Source: Lytechinus pictus
Taxonomy: Eukaryota
Reading direction: 5' to 3'
Length of the DNA: 64,000 nucleotides
Assembly (NCBI RefSeq): GCF_037042905.1
Contig: NC_087247.1
Location: 14,818,001 to 14,882,000 of the forward strand
Part shown: positions 61,569 to 64,000 of the stretch, one piece after another
Layout: each line of letters opens with the position of its first letter
How positions within the stretch are numbered: position 1 is the stretch's first letter
Program-made: the position numbers and the translations under genes
Notes under the pieces: generated by a model
Databases searched by the model: none
Seen by the model: the letters and a program-made list of their open reading frames with translations, nothing else
Told to the model about the DNA's origin: nothing

Positions 61569-64000
61569 CCCTTTGCGTGCGGACCCGCGAAACCGGATAC
61601 CTCTCCCTCCGGCGGAGCCGTTTTGGTACATTGCTAGTATTTGGATCTGTTGTGGTGTTTTCCTAAACTATTGCTAAATGCGCCAAAATGAAGTATTTTC
61701 AGGATATTTAGTAAATGTAAAGATGAAAGATTATACATTTTTCTTTCTAGAAATGAAGATTTCGCTTCTTAAATCAATAGAATAGTTCAGAAGTTTTCTA
61801 GGAAATAGTCGTATTATTTTGTCAAATCTTCGCTTTTTCCCAAGTCAATAGGCACTGTGTATAAAAATGCGTAAGGGCAATCAGCACGCGCGGACGGGTC
61901 GGGTTCGATCGATACCGCTTTGTTGTCTGCTCTAGTGCTTTTTTCCCTGCCTATTGTCACGCTACTCAAGAATGGTGTCTTTAGCCCCTTGTATAGAGAT
62001 CATTTGCAAAGTGTATAATTACGATGATAATCTTGGGTGAAATCACAGCATACCAAATATCTTTATTTTTCAGAACGAATAAAAAAGGGCAAATGTTCCC
62101 TTGCAAGTACAATAATGATGCTGCGTAACGAAAGTCTGAAACTGTGATCTTTGGCTTCTGGGCTTTAAGACGGTGGCCTCAATGTTTCACTAAAAATCGC
62201 CCCTTCGGTTTCTTCTTTTCATGAATTATTGTTTGTAATAAAAAATAGTTTTGTTCCTGAAGATGAAACGCGAAATCCATAAACTTGTGATTTTGTTTTG
62301 GCCGGATCACTCCCTCCCACATCCAGCTAATCTATAATTCTGTATAAGTAAATATTTATGCAATAGCAAAAGCGCACATTATGGTTTAAATTATACCTTT
62401 TTGATCTATTTCTTTTTCCCCTCTCATTCTTCTGTCGTTTCATCATTCTCCTTTACATGTATCTCGATTTGCATTTTCTATTCTTTTTTTTTTCTCACTT
62501 ACATCTTCTTCCATCCCTATATGTGTATCATCACCTAGGGGAAATTGTATTTTTTTATGACAAAGCACTGTCATGTTCAAGAAGAAAATGTTCTTGCCAT
62601 GTTTTAAGCGCCTGCATGTTTTGTCAATAAGTGAGTAAACATTTGCTTTATAAAAAAATTACTGTCGTAATATGAAAAGCAGTATTCCTAAGAGCTTTTT
62701 GTATTGCTAAATACGAAAAGCATTCAGTGGGTCATCCTGACGAAATACACTAATCTTCCTTTTATTCAGGGCGTCAACTGGCTATTTGTCTCCTGCTCTT
62801 CTGAAAAGGAATTTGTTTAGGCGTCCGCCATGAATTTCTTTTGTTTGGGGAGTGCCGAGATCAAGAACTGGTGGACGTTTTCATTTTCAAAAGAGCAGGG
62901 GATAAACGGTGTTCTAAATTGCTTTATTTTCTGCTTATTTCCTTTGAAATAGAAGACAACAATAAGAGCAATAAGATGAGAGAACGAGAGAAAGCGGGGG
63001 GGGGGTTCAAAAGTGTACCAGGGGCTCGTTTTAAAAAGCTACTGAAATCCTTCTATTTGACTGGCGGATTGTAAATTTGTTTAAATTATTGCGCGTTTGT
63101 CAATATAAAATGTGCATGTATTTTATACAACGGTACCAATGAGGGATTTCCTCGTTTTCCCTTTCTCTAGTTTCTAACCTGTAACTGAAGGTATTTTCTA
63201 CCGCTTTCACCCCCTTTCTTATATCTATCGTCTTTCTATATCCCCATATCTGTATCATCTTCCTTCTCCCCGATTGGATACCTGCCCCCATCCCCCTCAA
63301 TCCTTTCTCTCTATTTTTTCTTCTCAGTACCTGTCATTTTACAATACATCTTGCGTCTCCCCCCGTCTTTCTTCATCGGAAACGGTTCCGAGACTATGCC
63401 TTGATTTTGCCAACTTGTATTGATCGGAGATGGTTGCATTTGTGGGCCTCTCGTCGAATTGCATCGTGGTCATCATGTCGACAATTTAGCCCCCCCCCCC
63501 CCCCCGTTTCTCAAATAATATCCCGAAAAACCTTTTAAAATCACTATTGTAACTGTCACTTCACAATAGATTTAATATCATCTTCCATTTTCTATACTGA
63601 TAACGTACATGTAGGTAGAAATATTTCGCAAAAGACAAAATGATGATGAGGATCATCGTATAAAAATGCACGACTAAACTATTTTTTTGTGAACTTGGGG
63701 CGTAGGGTAATGGCAAGACAGAGGCCTCAAACTTTTACTGAAAGTATTTTTTTTTATTTTTTCATAAATTATATGTCTCATTTAATTCGATTTTCCACGC
63801 AGCTATGATAATAAAAAAATTTTGTTCCTGAAGTTTGCGCACCGGTATTCAATTTGTAATATCCTGAAATTATTTCAGAGTTAAACGAGTAAAAGTGGCT
63901 AAAATTTTAAGTCTGGAATCGTACCTCCCAACTCTCTTCTTGTCACTTTCTACATTTCTTTCTTTATCTTACTTTTCCCTAAAAAGGAGCCATGCTAGCA
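61569..64000. mobile_element. Probable left end of a piggyBac-like (TTAA|CCC) element extending past the window
   Basis: TTAA|CCCTTTGCGTGCGG at 61565-61582, followed by a shift to CpG-richer sequence; no matching right TIR or transposase ORF seen. Confidence 0.45.

Noticed and set aside
61569-64000. Transposase gene
   Set aside because: No ORF or DDE motif is recognisable in the visible part.

Overview
AT-rich, intron- and repeat-dense animal genomic DNA. The repeat landscape and protein style suggest an invertebrate deuterostome such as a sea urchin (inference). There are three spliced genes, each reconstructed by hand with GT-AG junctions and consistent phases. (1) The 3' end of an MBD5/6-like PWWP gene (+, 4 exons, 4980-8057). 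(2) A complete Enhancer of polycomb gene, EPC1/2-like (+, 14 exons, 21737-36183, 828 aa, MSKLSFRAR...PMEVT). (3) The 3' part of a VPS13A/C-like gene (-, 14 exons plus a candidate 18-nt microexon, 60905->45499), convergent with EPC. The rest is MITEs (Kolobok-, hAT-, Harbinger- and piggyBac-like), HINE-like elements, tRNA-headed SINEs, microsatellites and two N gaps. The most striking feature is a ~1.9-kb tandem array inside a VPS13 intron (53194-55082). Its 136-bp unit is the last 43 codons of the adjacent exon plus its 5' splice site, present as 12 near-perfect extra copies and 1 decayed copy. Variation among copies is mostly synonymous, and every copy holds a latent in-frame (phase 0/0) 114-nt cassette exon only 22 nt from its neighbour. 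The MBD5-then-EPC gene order also matches human MBD5-EPC2.
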